From Candidatus Woesearchaeota archaeon (lineage in GTDB: Archaea; Nanobdellota; Nanobdellia; Woesearchaeales; UBA10216), in the NCBI GenBank assembly GCA_016188155.1, contig JACPIH010000003.1:2033-66032 (forward strand): 64,000 bases of DNA, written 5' to 3'. Shown here in pieces: positions 8,632 through 17,300 of this stretch. Each line of letters starts with the position of its first letter. Position 1 is the stretch's first letter. The notes below the pieces were generated by a model. The model saw nothing but the letters and a program-made list of their open reading frames with translations. It was not told the origin of the DNA and ran no database searches. The translations under genes and the position numbers were made by a program.

Positions 8632-10044
8632 TCATCCGATGGCCCCTATCATGTCGAGTTGTATGAGCCTGTTGAGCTCTACGGCATATTCCATTGGAAG
8701 CTCCTTCATTATCGGCTCTATGAATCCTGATACGATCAACTTGACAGCATCTTCCTCTTTCAGGCCCCTGCTCATCAAATAGAATATCTTTTCCGTGCTT
8801 AGCCTGCCTACGGTTGCCTCATGCGCTATTTCAACCTTCTCTTCATTAATGTCCATTACCGGGACTGTGTTTGATTTTGATTCCTCATCCATTATCAGCG
8901 CATCGCAAACAGCGCTTACCCTTGAGTTTGTAGCTCCCTTTGCCACCTTCACGAGGCCCCTGTATGTCGTGATTCCTCCGCGGCTGCTGATGCTCTTCAT
9001 TTTTATCGTTGAGGAAGTGTTTTTCGCGAGGTGGTAGACCTTTGCGCCTGTGTCCTGGTTCTGGCCTTTTCCGGCATATGCTATGCCCAGGTGGTCAGCC
9101 CTGGCTCCTTCTCCTTTCAGTATGCTGCACGGGTAGAGCATGGTCCCTTTAGAGCCTGCGTTCCCTCCTACCCATTCAACAGTGCCATTTCTTTCAACAA
9201 CAGCCCTTTTTGTGTTGAGGTTGTAGGTGCTCTTGCTCCAGTTTTCAACGCTGCTATACCTGACCCTGGCTCCCTCTTTAACATAAATCTCTACTCCCCC
9301 TGCGTGGAGTGAATTGACATTGTACTGCGGCGCACTACAACCTTCAATGTAGCTTATCTCGCTGAATGGCTCAGCCACTATGAGCGTGTGCTCGAACTGC
9401 CCTCCCTTTTTAGCGTTCATCCGGAAGTATGCCTGCAGCGGCATTGTTATCTTTACGCCTTTTGGAACATAGATGAATGTTCCTCCAGACCACACAGCGG
9501 CATGCAGCATAATGAGCTTGTGGTCACTTATCGGTATGCACCTTGTCATGAAGTATTCCTTGACCAGTTCGGGGTATTTCTGCACAGCAACGTCCATGTC
9601 CTCAAAGATTACGCCCTTCTCTTCCCACTCCTTCTTCAGGTTGTGGTAAACTACAGAACTGTCATACTGCGCCCCGGCACCGGCAAGCGCCTTTCTTTCT
9701 GTTTCAGGTATTCCAAGCATGTCAAAGGTTTTCCTTATCTCTTCCGGCACCTCTTCCCAGTTTTTCGTCTGGGCTGCGTCAGGCCTTGCATAGTAAACCA
9801 GCCCGTCAAAATCTATTCCGCTTAGGTCAAGCCCCCAGTTTGGAAGTGGGGTTTTCTTGAACCACTCATACGCTTCCAGCCTTTTCTTTAGCATCCATTC
9901 TGGTTCGTTCTTGTCCTTGGAAATTGCCCTTATGACTTCCTCGCTCAGGCCTTTCTCCTTTACAAGGTAGTTCTCCGGCTGCCTGAGCGTGTGAATCTTC
10001 TCAGCAGCATCCTCAATCTGCGCCATGAGCTCCTGGTTTGTCAT
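8632..10044 (-). CDS. sufB: SufB
   Basis: 470 aa; IEGCSAPQY, HEATVGRLSTEKIFYLMSRGL. Confidence 0.85.
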   Translation of the reverse strand: MTNQELMAQIEDAAEKIHTLRQPENYLVKEKGLSEEVIRAISKDKNEPEWMLKKRLEAYEWFKKTPLPNWGLDLSGIDFDGLVYYARPDAAQTKNWEEVPEEIRKTFDMLGIPETERKALAGAGAQYDSSVVYHNLKKEWEEKGVIFEDMDVAVQKYPELVKEYFMTRCIPISDHKLIMLHAAVWSGGTFIYVPKGVKITMPLQAYFRMNAKKGGQFEHTLIVAEPFSEISYIEGCSAPQYNVNSLHAGGVEIYVKEGARVRYSSVENWSKSTYNLNTKRAVVERNGTVEWVGGNAGSKGTMLYPCSILKGEGARADHLGIAYAGKGQNQDTGAKVYHLAKNTSSTIKMKSISSRGGITTYRGLVKVAKGATNSRVSAVCDALIMDEESKSNTVPVMDINEEKVEIAHEATVGRLSTEKIFYLMSRGLKEEDAVKLIVSGFIEPIMKELPMEYAVELNRLIQLDMIGAIG

Positions 10045-10451
10045 TTTCCTTCCTCATGTCCGCAGAAGCAGACATCGCACCCTGCCGGCACATCAGCAAC
10101 CGACTCGTGCACCTTGCAAAGGATCTTTTCGCTCTTTACCATAGCCAGTATATTCTGGGTTTCCCTAATAAGGTCCTCTTTTGTTTTTATCCTCTTCACG
10201 GCAGCGGCGATTTCCTTGTTGACTGGTTCATTGAACTTTACGTCCGCAGCCCTTTTCGAGCTCAGGTACTGACTCACTGTTGACTCTTGGACGCACAGCA
10301 GCCCTGCTATGTCCTTTTGCATCACGCCTTGCTCCTTCAGCGCGGCAGCCATCCTACTCCTTATTGCCGGCAGTATGTAGAATACTTCAACTTCCTGTGG
10401 CTGTATTATCTGTAGTTTCATATTTGTGCCATCAAATGCCTTGTAGTTCAC
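10041..10451 (-). CDS. HTH transcriptional regulator with a C-terminal C-x12-C-x2-C-x-C motif; first gene of the suf operon
   Basis: HTH-like MQKDIAGLLCVQESTVSQYLS. C-terminus CKVHESVADVPAGCDVCFCGH. Overlaps the sufB start by 4 nt. The true start may be MKLQ (10421). Confidence 0.6.
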   Translation of the reverse strand: MNYKAFDGTNMKLQIIQPQEVEVFYILPAIRSRMAAALKEQGVMQKDIAGLLCVQESTVSQYLSSKRAADVKFNEPVNKEIAAAVKRIKTKEDLIRETQNILAMVKSEKILCKVHESVADVPAGCDVCFCGHEEGK

Positions 10452-10515
10452 TATTGTGAACTTATATTTAAAGGTTTGTGGTTGGCGATCACATATCCCC
10501 CTTGAACAGACAGCA

Positions 10516-10530
10516 AAAACTATATAAACG
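10516..10530 (+). promoter_or_regulatory. BRE/TATA-like element upstream of gap
   Basis: AAAAACTATATAAACG. Confidence 0.45.
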
Positions 10531-10544
10531 CCTCTTTAGTTTGA

Positions 10545-11579
<1,035 letters not shown>

Positions 11580-11586
11580 CAACCAT

Positions 11587-11603
11587 CAAAAACTATTTAT
11601 ACG
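11587..11603 (+). promoter_or_regulatory. BRE/TATA-like element upstream of pgk, about 25 nt before the ATG at 11624 (leaderless-type spacing)
   Basis: CAAAAACTATTTATACG. Confidence 0.45.
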
Positions 11604-11623
11604 CTCTTCCTTTTGTGGCAATC

Positions 11624-12826
11624 ATGGCAGCTAAGCTTCCTTCCATTAAGGACAAGGATTTAGAGTTGGCGGGCAAAACCGTTCTTGTCCGAACCGGTAT
11701 GGACGTCCCCCTTGATGATTTGGGCAATGTTGCTGACGACTCAAGAATCAGGGAGGCCGTGCCAACAATAGATTACCTTTTGAAAAAGAATGCCAAGGTT
11801 GTTCTCCTGACCCACATCAACCGCCCGGGAGGCAAGGTTGTTGAGGCCCAGCGCATTAATTCAACAGCTGCGAGGCTTTCTGAGCTGCTGCAGAAAGAAG
11901 TAAAGCCTCTCAGGGACTGCATTGGGGAAGAAGTGGCTGCAGAGATAAAAGAAATGAAAGATGGAGATATTGTTTTTCTTGAAAACCTGCGCTTTCATAA
12001 TGAAGAAGAGGCCAATGATGACGTTTTTGCCCAGCAGCTTGCCAAGCTTGGTGACCTTTACGTTAATGACGCGTTCTCGAACTCGCACCGCAGCCACGCC
12101 TCAATGGTTGGAATTCCAAGGCACCTGCCTTCTTATGCTGGGTTGCTGCTTGAAAAAGAAATCAGGACTCTGACTGCAGCTCTGGAAAAGCCCCGAAGGC
12201 CATTCGTTGTAGTGCTTGGCGGCGCAAAAGTCTCGGATAAGATTGGGGTGATAAGAAACTTGGGCAGCAAGGCAGATAAAATCCTTATTGGAGGTGCCAT
12301 GATGTTTACTTTTTATCGCTCTCGCGGCTTTGATGTTGGCTCAAGCAAGTTCGAGCCCGAAAAGGTTTCCCTTGCTGACGACCTTCTTAACGAGTTTGGA
12401 AGCAGGATTGTTTTGCCTGTTGACGTTGTCGCTTCCGACAGGTTTGCAAATGATGCTAAAACCCAGGTTGTGGCAGCTGGTGAAATCCCGAAAGGCTGGA
12501 TGGGTCTTGACATAGGCCCTGATTCAGTAAGCCGTTTCAGCAAGGAGCTTTCCGAAGCCCGCACAATCATATGGAACGGCCCGATGGGTGTTTTCGAGCT
12601 TTTCAGGTTTGGTGAAGGCACAGCAGCCATTGCAAGGACAATATCTGGCATGACAGGCCAGGCAACAACCATAATTGGGGGAGGCGATACGCTCTCGGCA
12701 GTCGAAAAAGCCGGCCTTACGGGAAAGTTCTCACACTCATCAACAGGAGGGGGAGCCATGCTTGAAGTTCTTGAGGGCAAAACCCTGCCTGGTGTTGCTG
12801 CGCTGCTTGGTGCATCGCACGATTAG
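11624..12826 (+). CDS. pgk: Phosphoglycerate kinase
   Basis: LVRTGMDVPLDD, NLRFHNEEE, FSNSHRSHAS, GGGDT, STGGGA. The ORF track starts at GTG 11615; the ATG at 11624 is preferred. Confidence 0.9.
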   Translation: MAAKLPSIKDKDLELAGKTVLVRTGMDVPLDDLGNVADDSRIREAVPTIDYLLKKNAKVVLLTHINRPGGKVVEAQRINSTAARLSELLQKEVKPLRDCIGEEVAAEIKEMKDGDIVFLENLRFHNEEEANDDVFAQQLAKLGDLYVNDAFSNSHRSHASMVGIPRHLPSYAGLLLEKEIRTLTAALEKPRRPFVVVLGGAKVSDKIGVIRNLGSKADKILIGGAMMFTFYRSRGFDVGSSKFEPEKVSLADDLLNEFGSRIVLPVDVVASDRFANDAKTQVVAAGEIPKGWMGLDIGPDSVSRFSKELSEARTIIWNGPMGVFELFRFGEGTAAIARTISGMTGQATTIIGGGDTLSAVEKAGLTGKFSHSSTGGGAMLEVLEGKTLPGVAALLGASHD

Positions 12827-12896
12827 ACCTACTGGCTGCTTGCCTGCCCTTATTCTGCTGTTTGCTGATGCCGCATTTATGCATCCATTTTGTTAC

Positions 12897-12916
12897 CAAA
12901 AAGTTTATATATAAAC
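12897..12916 (+). promoter_or_regulatory. BRE/TATA-like element upstream of the 751-aa coiled-coil gene
   Basis: CAAAAAGTTTATATATAAAC. Confidence 0.4.
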
Positions 12917-12963
12917 ATATCACTGAGCAATAGCTAATTTATCTTTGGGAGCGAGGGGGCAAG

Positions 12964-15219
12964 TTGGCTATTTCGGAAGAAGAGGTAAGAAAGTCTTTTG
13001 CAAGGGTTAAGGAGGATATTCTCCAGGTAAAGCGTTCCCTTAACAAGCAGCTTTTTTCCGTTGAGGGCATTAGCAAGTCCCTACCCAATGCCCTGGGCAA
13101 GGAGGAGTTCTACGCTTTTGTTGAGCGCCTTGGCTCCAAGGTTGAGGAACTTGAGGGCGCCTTTGCTGTCAAGTCTGACCGTGAGGATGTTGGTGAGCTG
13201 GCCTCTGACTTGAGGGCTGAAATCTCCACAGTCAGGAAGCTGGTTGAGCGCCGTGATGACTTGTCTGATGAGGTAAGGGAGGCCAGAAGCCTCAAGGGCA
13301 GGCTTCTTGAGCTTGAGGGCTCTGCGGTTTCAAAGTCCGAATTTTCAAAGGAAGCAGCCAAGATAAGGTCAGAGGTTTCCACCATCAGGTCTGCAGAGGC
13401 AACAACCAGCAGCGCCCTGGCTTCTGTGTCATCTTCCTTGTCAAGGCTCACGAAGGACCTCGCCGGCCTTTCTTCCATGCTTAACTCCCTGTCAGCAAAA
13501 GCAGTGGCAAAAGAAGACATCTCTTCTTTTACTGAGCGCATGGAGTCCTCACATAATGAAGCATCAAGGCAGTTTGCTTCGCTCAAGCGCGATGTTGACA
13601 AGCGAATTTCCTTGCTTGACACAGCTGAGGAAAGGATTTCCGCATTGGCTGAAAAGCTGGCCGCAGCCGAGAACTCCGTAGTAAACCTGAACAGCACTGT
13701 TTCAAAGAGGCTTGTTGACAGGCAAACCTTCGAAAAGTCAGTTTCTGAATTGAGGACAAAGCTGGATGATGCCAGAACAGTTCTTGAGGATTCAATGAGC
13801 GATGCCAACCTTGACGACTATGTTACCAAGAGGTCGCTTTCCCAAAAATTTGCAGGCGTTGATGAGCAGCTTAAGCTGTTAACAGGGCAGCTTGATTCAG
13901 CCCAGAAAAGTGCAGAGAAGCAGCTGGGCAGGGAGCTTCAGAAGCTCGCAACAGTGAAGGACCTTGCCAGGTTAAAAGGGGAGATTGAGAGGTTGCCGTC
14001 TGACTTTGTTCCCTCCTATGACTTCAACGCGAAGGTTGAGAGGTTTGAGGAGGTTGCTGTCCGCACAGCTGATGATTTTAAGAAGGAGCTGAAGAAGCAG
14101 AGGGAGCTTTTTGAGGAAAGGCTCAAGTCTATGGAGTCTTATTACCGCTCTTCGAATGATTCTTTTAAGGATGAGCTTGGTGAGCTTCGCAGCCAGATAA
14201 AGGGGCTTTCCAAGGCCGATGCTGAAGCACGGGCAGCCATGTCTAAGATTAGCGTCTCTGCTGCAAAGGCAGCTGCAAAGAGCGCAGCAGATATACTCAA
14301 GGAGGTTGAAGAGGAAAAGGAGCCGCGTAATGGCGCGGAAAGGCGCGGGAAGGGTGTCTCACCTCTTGCACTCTCGTTCATCATCATGACTGTCCTTATC
14401 ATTGGCTCTGTTGCTTTTGTCATGCTGAAAGGCCCTGGCGATGAGGCTGCCGCTCCTGGCGCTGCATTGCTTAACGTGACCCCTGTGCAGCCCGCACCGC
14501 TAGCAAAAATGCCTGAAGTGCCTGTGCTTCCAATTGTTTCAGAAAACAGGACAGTAGAGCCTGTTAATGCGACAGTAACTGCTAATCTTTCTCAGAACGT
14601 TTTTCAGCAGCCGCAGCAGCCAGCTGTTCAGGCTAATGTTTCAAAAAATATTTCTGTCTCCAATATTTCCACAGCCAATGTAACCAATGTAACAGAGGCC
14701 ACTGTGCCCAGAGAGCTTACCAGAGCAGAGAAGAACCAGAACTGCAAGCGGAAACTGGAGTGCACCGAGCGCTCTGAAGGCCAGTACTGGTTTGACTGCT
14801 ACTTTGATGAGTTACTTCAGGACTGCCGATGTTTTGTTGGTGCGGAAGCTAAATGCTTTAGTGCTGCTGCAAAGAACCAGTCAAAAGGCAACGTGAGCAA
14901 CATGACCGGAGCCCTTGAAAAGGAAAAAGCCCGCTCAGTCGGGGCAAGGTATTACGGCATAGTAGCATTCATCCTGGTTGTCGTTGCCTTCTTCGCTTAC
15001 AGGGCCTTGTTTTCCAAGGAAGAAGATGCTGAGGGGCATGAGGGGAAAAAAGAGAAGCGTGATGAGGCAAAGCCGAGGCCTGAGAAATCCGAGAAGCGTG
15101 AAAAGCAGGAAAAGGCAGGCAAAGCCCAGGCCCCCGAAAAGGAAAAAGCCGAAGAAGAAGCTGATGACGTCATTGACCTTGAGGAGTTCTTTGAGAAGAA
15201 GGAAGCTAAGAAGAAGTAG
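12964..15219 (+). CDS. Large coiled-coil membrane protein of unknown function. Layout: about 450-aa coiled coil, TM, sequon-rich and Cys-rich loop, TM, Lys/Glu tail.
   Basis: TTG start. Heptad-like low-complexity N-terminus. TM1 LALSFIIMTVLIIGSVAFVML, many N-x-S/T sites, 7 Cys within about 45 residues, TM2 IVAFILVVVAFFAYRALF, then a KE-rich tail. Confidence 0.7.
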   Translation: MAISEEEVRKSFARVKEDILQVKRSLNKQLFSVEGISKSLPNALGKEEFYAFVERLGSKVEELEGAFAVKSDREDVGELASDLRAEISTVRKLVERRDDLSDEVREARSLKGRLLELEGSAVSKSEFSKEAAKIRSEVSTIRSAEATTSSALASVSSSLSRLTKDLAGLSSMLNSLSAKAVAKEDISSFTERMESSHNEASRQFASLKRDVDKRISLLDTAEERISALAEKLAAAENSVVNLNSTVSKRLVDRQTFEKSVSELRTKLDDARTVLEDSMSDANLDDYVTKRSLSQKFAGVDEQLKLLTGQLDSAQKSAEKQLGRELQKLATVKDLARLKGEIERLPSDFVPSYDFNAKVERFEEVAVRTADDFKKELKKQRELFEERLKSMESYYRSSNDSFKDELGELRSQIKGLSKADAEARAAMSKISVSAAKAAAKSAADILKEVEEEKEPRNGAERRGKGVSPLALSFIIMTVLIIGSVAFVMLKGPGDEAAAPGAALLNVTPVQPAPLAKMPEVPVLPIVSENRTVEPVNATVTANLSQNVFQQPQQPAVQANVSKNISVSNISTANVTNVTEATVPRELTRAEKNQNCKRKLECTERSEGQYWFDCYFDELLQDCRCFVGAEAKCFSAAAKNQSKGNVSNMTGALEKEKARSVGARYYGIVAFILVVVAFFAYRALFSKEEDAEGHEGKKEKRDEAKPRPEKSEKREKQEKAGKAQAPEKEKAEEEADDVIDLEEFFEKKEAKKK

Positions 15220-15472
15220 CGATTAATGTCTTTTTCCGGCTGTGAATTCCGTTTTTTATCGCAAACCTCACTCCAGTAGCCTTTCTGAGGAAATTTAGCA
15301 GTTCAATATTTGCCTTGTCTTTTTCGGCTGCAGCTTTTATCTTGATTATCCACGCCTTTTTTTCGCTGTCGTAGCAGGCAATATCGTTCTTGCTGCTGTT
15401 TGGTTTTACGACAACAGTTATTGTAGTAGAATCCTTTATTACCGCGATAGCGTCTGCTGCTAAGTCAGTCAT
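15206..15472 (-). CDS. DUF167 (YggU) family protein
   Basis: ITVVVKPNSSKNDI...IKIKAAAEKDKANIELLNFLRK...GIHSRKKTL. Start set at MTDLAAD because the longer ORF reads through the repeat. Confidence 0.7.
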   Translation of the reverse strand: MTDLAADAIAVIKDSTTITVVVKPNSSKNDIACYDSEKKAWIIKIKAAAEKDKANIELLNFLRKATGVRFAIKNGIHSRKKTLIATSS

Positions 15473-15502
15473 TTTTTGCTCAGTTTTCCGTTTGACCTCC
15501 TC

Positions 15503-15586
15503 GTTTTTTGGTTGAGCTTTTTCGCAAAAACCCAAGTCGTGTCTTACACGACTGGGCCCATTCGCTGCAGGCGAATTGGGGGTCAC
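15503..15586 (+). repeat. Hairpin repeat family, copy 2, carrying the nested double-hairpin module
   Basis: GTTTTTTGGTTGAGCTTTTTCGCAAAAA, then the module, then GGTCAC. The TCA at 15583..15585 is the tfs stop codon. Confidence 0.8.
15531..15580 (+). repeat. 50-nt double-hairpin module, copy A
   Basis: CCCAAGTCGTG-tctta-CACGACTGGG followed by CCCATTCGC-tgcag-GCGAATTGGG. Confidence 0.8.
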
Positions 15587-15909
15587 CCGTACTCCCTCCA
15601 CTTGTGCTTGCAGATGGTGCACTGGTGAAACTTGGTTTCGCCTTCGTCTCCTGCCCTTGTTTGCCTTGTCCAGTAGTATGCCTTGCTGTTGTGGCATTTC
15701 GGGCACTCAGCATCAGTCACTGGCGCGTTGACCTTCTCCTCTGCCGCAGCTTCAAAGCGCCTTTCCTCGTGCTTTGGCTTTTGCTTTATTTTTTCGGTTA
15801 TCTTTGCAGAATCAGTATCGCTGCTTGAATAGCCGCAGCTGCACTTGAGCTGGGCTTTTCCCTCAACGTTTTTCGGCACAAGTATTGAGCCGCAGTCCGG
15901 GCAGAACAT
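15583..15909 (-). CDS. tfs: Transcription factor S (TFIIS / RpoM-like)
   Basis: N-terminal Zn ribbon MFCPDCGS...CSCG. C-terminal ribbon CPKCHNSKAYYWTRQTRAGDEGETKFHQCTICKHKW. Confidence 0.8.
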   Translation of the reverse strand: MFCPDCGSILVPKNVEGKAQLKCSCGYSSSDTDSAKITEKIKQKPKHEERRFEAAAEEKVNAPVTDAECPKCHNSKAYYWTRQTRAGDEGETKFHQCTICKHKWREYG

Positions 15910-15911
15910 TC

Positions 15912-16505
15912 TTATCCCCTTATGGCTTTTATGATGTCTGTGAAAATTATCTTTACGTAGCCGACGTATGGCACCCTGAGCCACCCTTTGCCCAGTATCC
16001 TGTCCTGGCTTATTTCCCTTTCCTCATCGCGCTGGCCTGCGTTCCTGTCGCCCTTTGTCGCAAAGTAGTATTTGCCTTCGGATTCCCACTTGCTTACCGC
16101 TCTGTGTATTATCGGCTCAGGGCTTCCTGCCCTGAAGACAACGACATCACCAATGCTTATGTCTTCCGGCTTCTTTCCTTTGAGGATTATTATGTCTCCC
16201 TTGTTAAATCCGGTGCTCATCCTGAAATTCATAAAATCCTCTTTTGTTATGTTATGCTTTTCGTAAAAGGGTTTCATGCTTTCCCACCACGCATCAAACT
16301 CTGCCTGGTGCTGCATGCTGTCGCTTATTACCGCTACAACAGGGTAGTTTGTCTGGAGTATCAGCCCAAGCCCTGGGTAGACTAAGAATTTGATTATGGC
16401 AAAGGCAAGCGCCGCATTAATGAGCCAGCTCCATATGCTGTTGTCGTTCCACAGGAACTTCCATACTCTTTTGGTAACATTCTTTACCGTCTTCGTAGCT
16501 GCCAT
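15912..16505 (-). CDS. Signal peptidase I, archaeal/Sec11 type (S26B)
   Basis: N-terminal TM, VISDSMQH (catalytic Ser), GDIIILKG, GDVVVF, IIHRAV, TKGDRN. Start set at MAATKTV. Confidence 0.75.
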   Translation of the reverse strand: MAATKTVKNVTKRVWKFLWNDNSIWSWLINAALAFAIIKFLVYPGLGLILQTNYPVVAVISDSMQHQAEFDAWWESMKPFYEKHNITKEDFMNFRMSTGFNKGDIIILKGKKPEDISIGDVVVFRAGSPEPIIHRAVSKWESEGKYYFATKGDRNAGQRDEEREISQDRILGKGWLRVPYVGYVKIIFTDIIKAIRG

Positions 16506-16512
16506 TTTTATC

Positions 16513-16597
16513 GTTTCTTGATTGACCCCCAAGTCGAGGCAAGCTCGACTGGGCCCAGTCGGCGCAAGCCGACTTGGGTTCTTAGCAAGAAGGTCAC
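16513..16597 (+). repeat. Hairpin repeat family, copy 3 (TTTCTTG variant), carrying the nested double-hairpin module
   Basis: GTTTCTTGATTGACC, then the module, then TTCTT-agc-AAGAA-GGTCAC. Confidence 0.75.
16528..16578 (+). repeat. 51-nt double-hairpin module, copy B
   Basis: CCCAAGTCGAG-gcaa-GCTCGACTGGG followed by CCCAGTCGGC-gcaa-GCCGACTTGGG. Confidence 0.8.
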
Positions 16598-16642
16598 GCT
16601 GGCTCCGCAACAAATAAAAAGGTATCGCTTTTCCCTTTTGCT

Positions 16643-17287
16643 ATGTCCTCGAGGCACAAGTTAAAGCATGCGAACTACTATGAAGCCATTATCCAGCTTC
16701 GGAACCCTGTTGGCAATGTAGATGATGTTATGCATTTTGTCCTTGAGGCTGTAAAGTCCAAGGGCCAGGAAGGCGTTTTTATCTCAAAAAAGAAGAAGGT
16801 CCCCAACGGCTTTGACCTTTACCTAAGCTCCAACAGCTTTGCAGTAGAGACGGGCAGGCAGCTTTATCGCGAGTTCGGGGGGGAGCTTAAGATTTCCAGG
16901 AAGCTTTTTTCGCAGCACCGCATGACCAGCAGGGTCCTTTACAGGATGACTGTGCTTTTCAGGATGGCGCCTTTCAGTGTGGGCAGCTTTATCCTGCTTG
17001 ATGGCAAGGCATTCAAGGTTGCAGAGATAGCGAAAAAGATTGTTGCCGCAGAAAACGTTGAAACCGGCAAGCCGTTTGAGTTTAAGTACAAGGACGTTGC
17101 CAGGAACTTTGAGAGCCTTGATGCCATAAAGGCAATTGTGTCAAAAGTAAAGCCGCAGCTTGAGATTATCCACCCAAAAACGTTCCAGAGCGTTCCTGTC
17201 CTTCCGCTGGACAAAAACTCCAGGCTTGTTCCCGGAGAAAAAACAAAAGTTCTCGTTTCTGAAGGCAAGGTTTGGCGTGCCGCATAA
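16643..17287 (+). CDS. NMD3-like protein (ribosome large-subunit biogenesis/export factor family), lacking the N-terminal Cys clusters
   Basis: NYYEAIIQLRNP motif and overall layout recalled from the NMD3 family. Confidence 0.5.
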   Translation: MSSRHKLKHANYYEAIIQLRNPVGNVDDVMHFVLEAVKSKGQEGVFISKKKKVPNGFDLYLSSNSFAVETGRQLYREFGGELKISRKLFSQHRMTSRVLYRMTVLFRMAPFSVGSFILLDGKAFKVAEIAKKIVAAENVETGKPFEFKYKDVARNFESLDAIKAIVSKVKPQLEIIHPKTFQSVPVLPLDKNSRLVPGEKTKVLVSEGKVWRAA

Positions 17288-17300
17288 ATACGCAGAATAT

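Noticed and set aside
10452-10520. Search for a palindromic operator in the suf regulator promoter
   Set aside because: Only a TATA-like CCTTTAAATATAAG and weak partial repeats (TGTGAAC / TGTGGTT) are present. There is no convincing dyad.
13110-13808. 232-aa minus-strand ORF (similar ORFs at 20884..21738, 21853..22392 and 22507..22923)
   Set aside because: These are antisense to coiled-coil genes (the 751-aa protein and smc). Repetitive GAG/AAG codons give open Ser/Leu-rich reverse frames, so they are artefacts.
15473-15706. N-terminal extensions of ORFs in the track (also 16506..16613, 4957..5001, 4061..4120, 40817..40921, 49982..50131 and 49935..50042)
   Set aside because: The longest-ORF starts read through repeats, promoters or neighbouring genes. 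Internal ATGs give proteins that match family N-termini and remove the overlaps.
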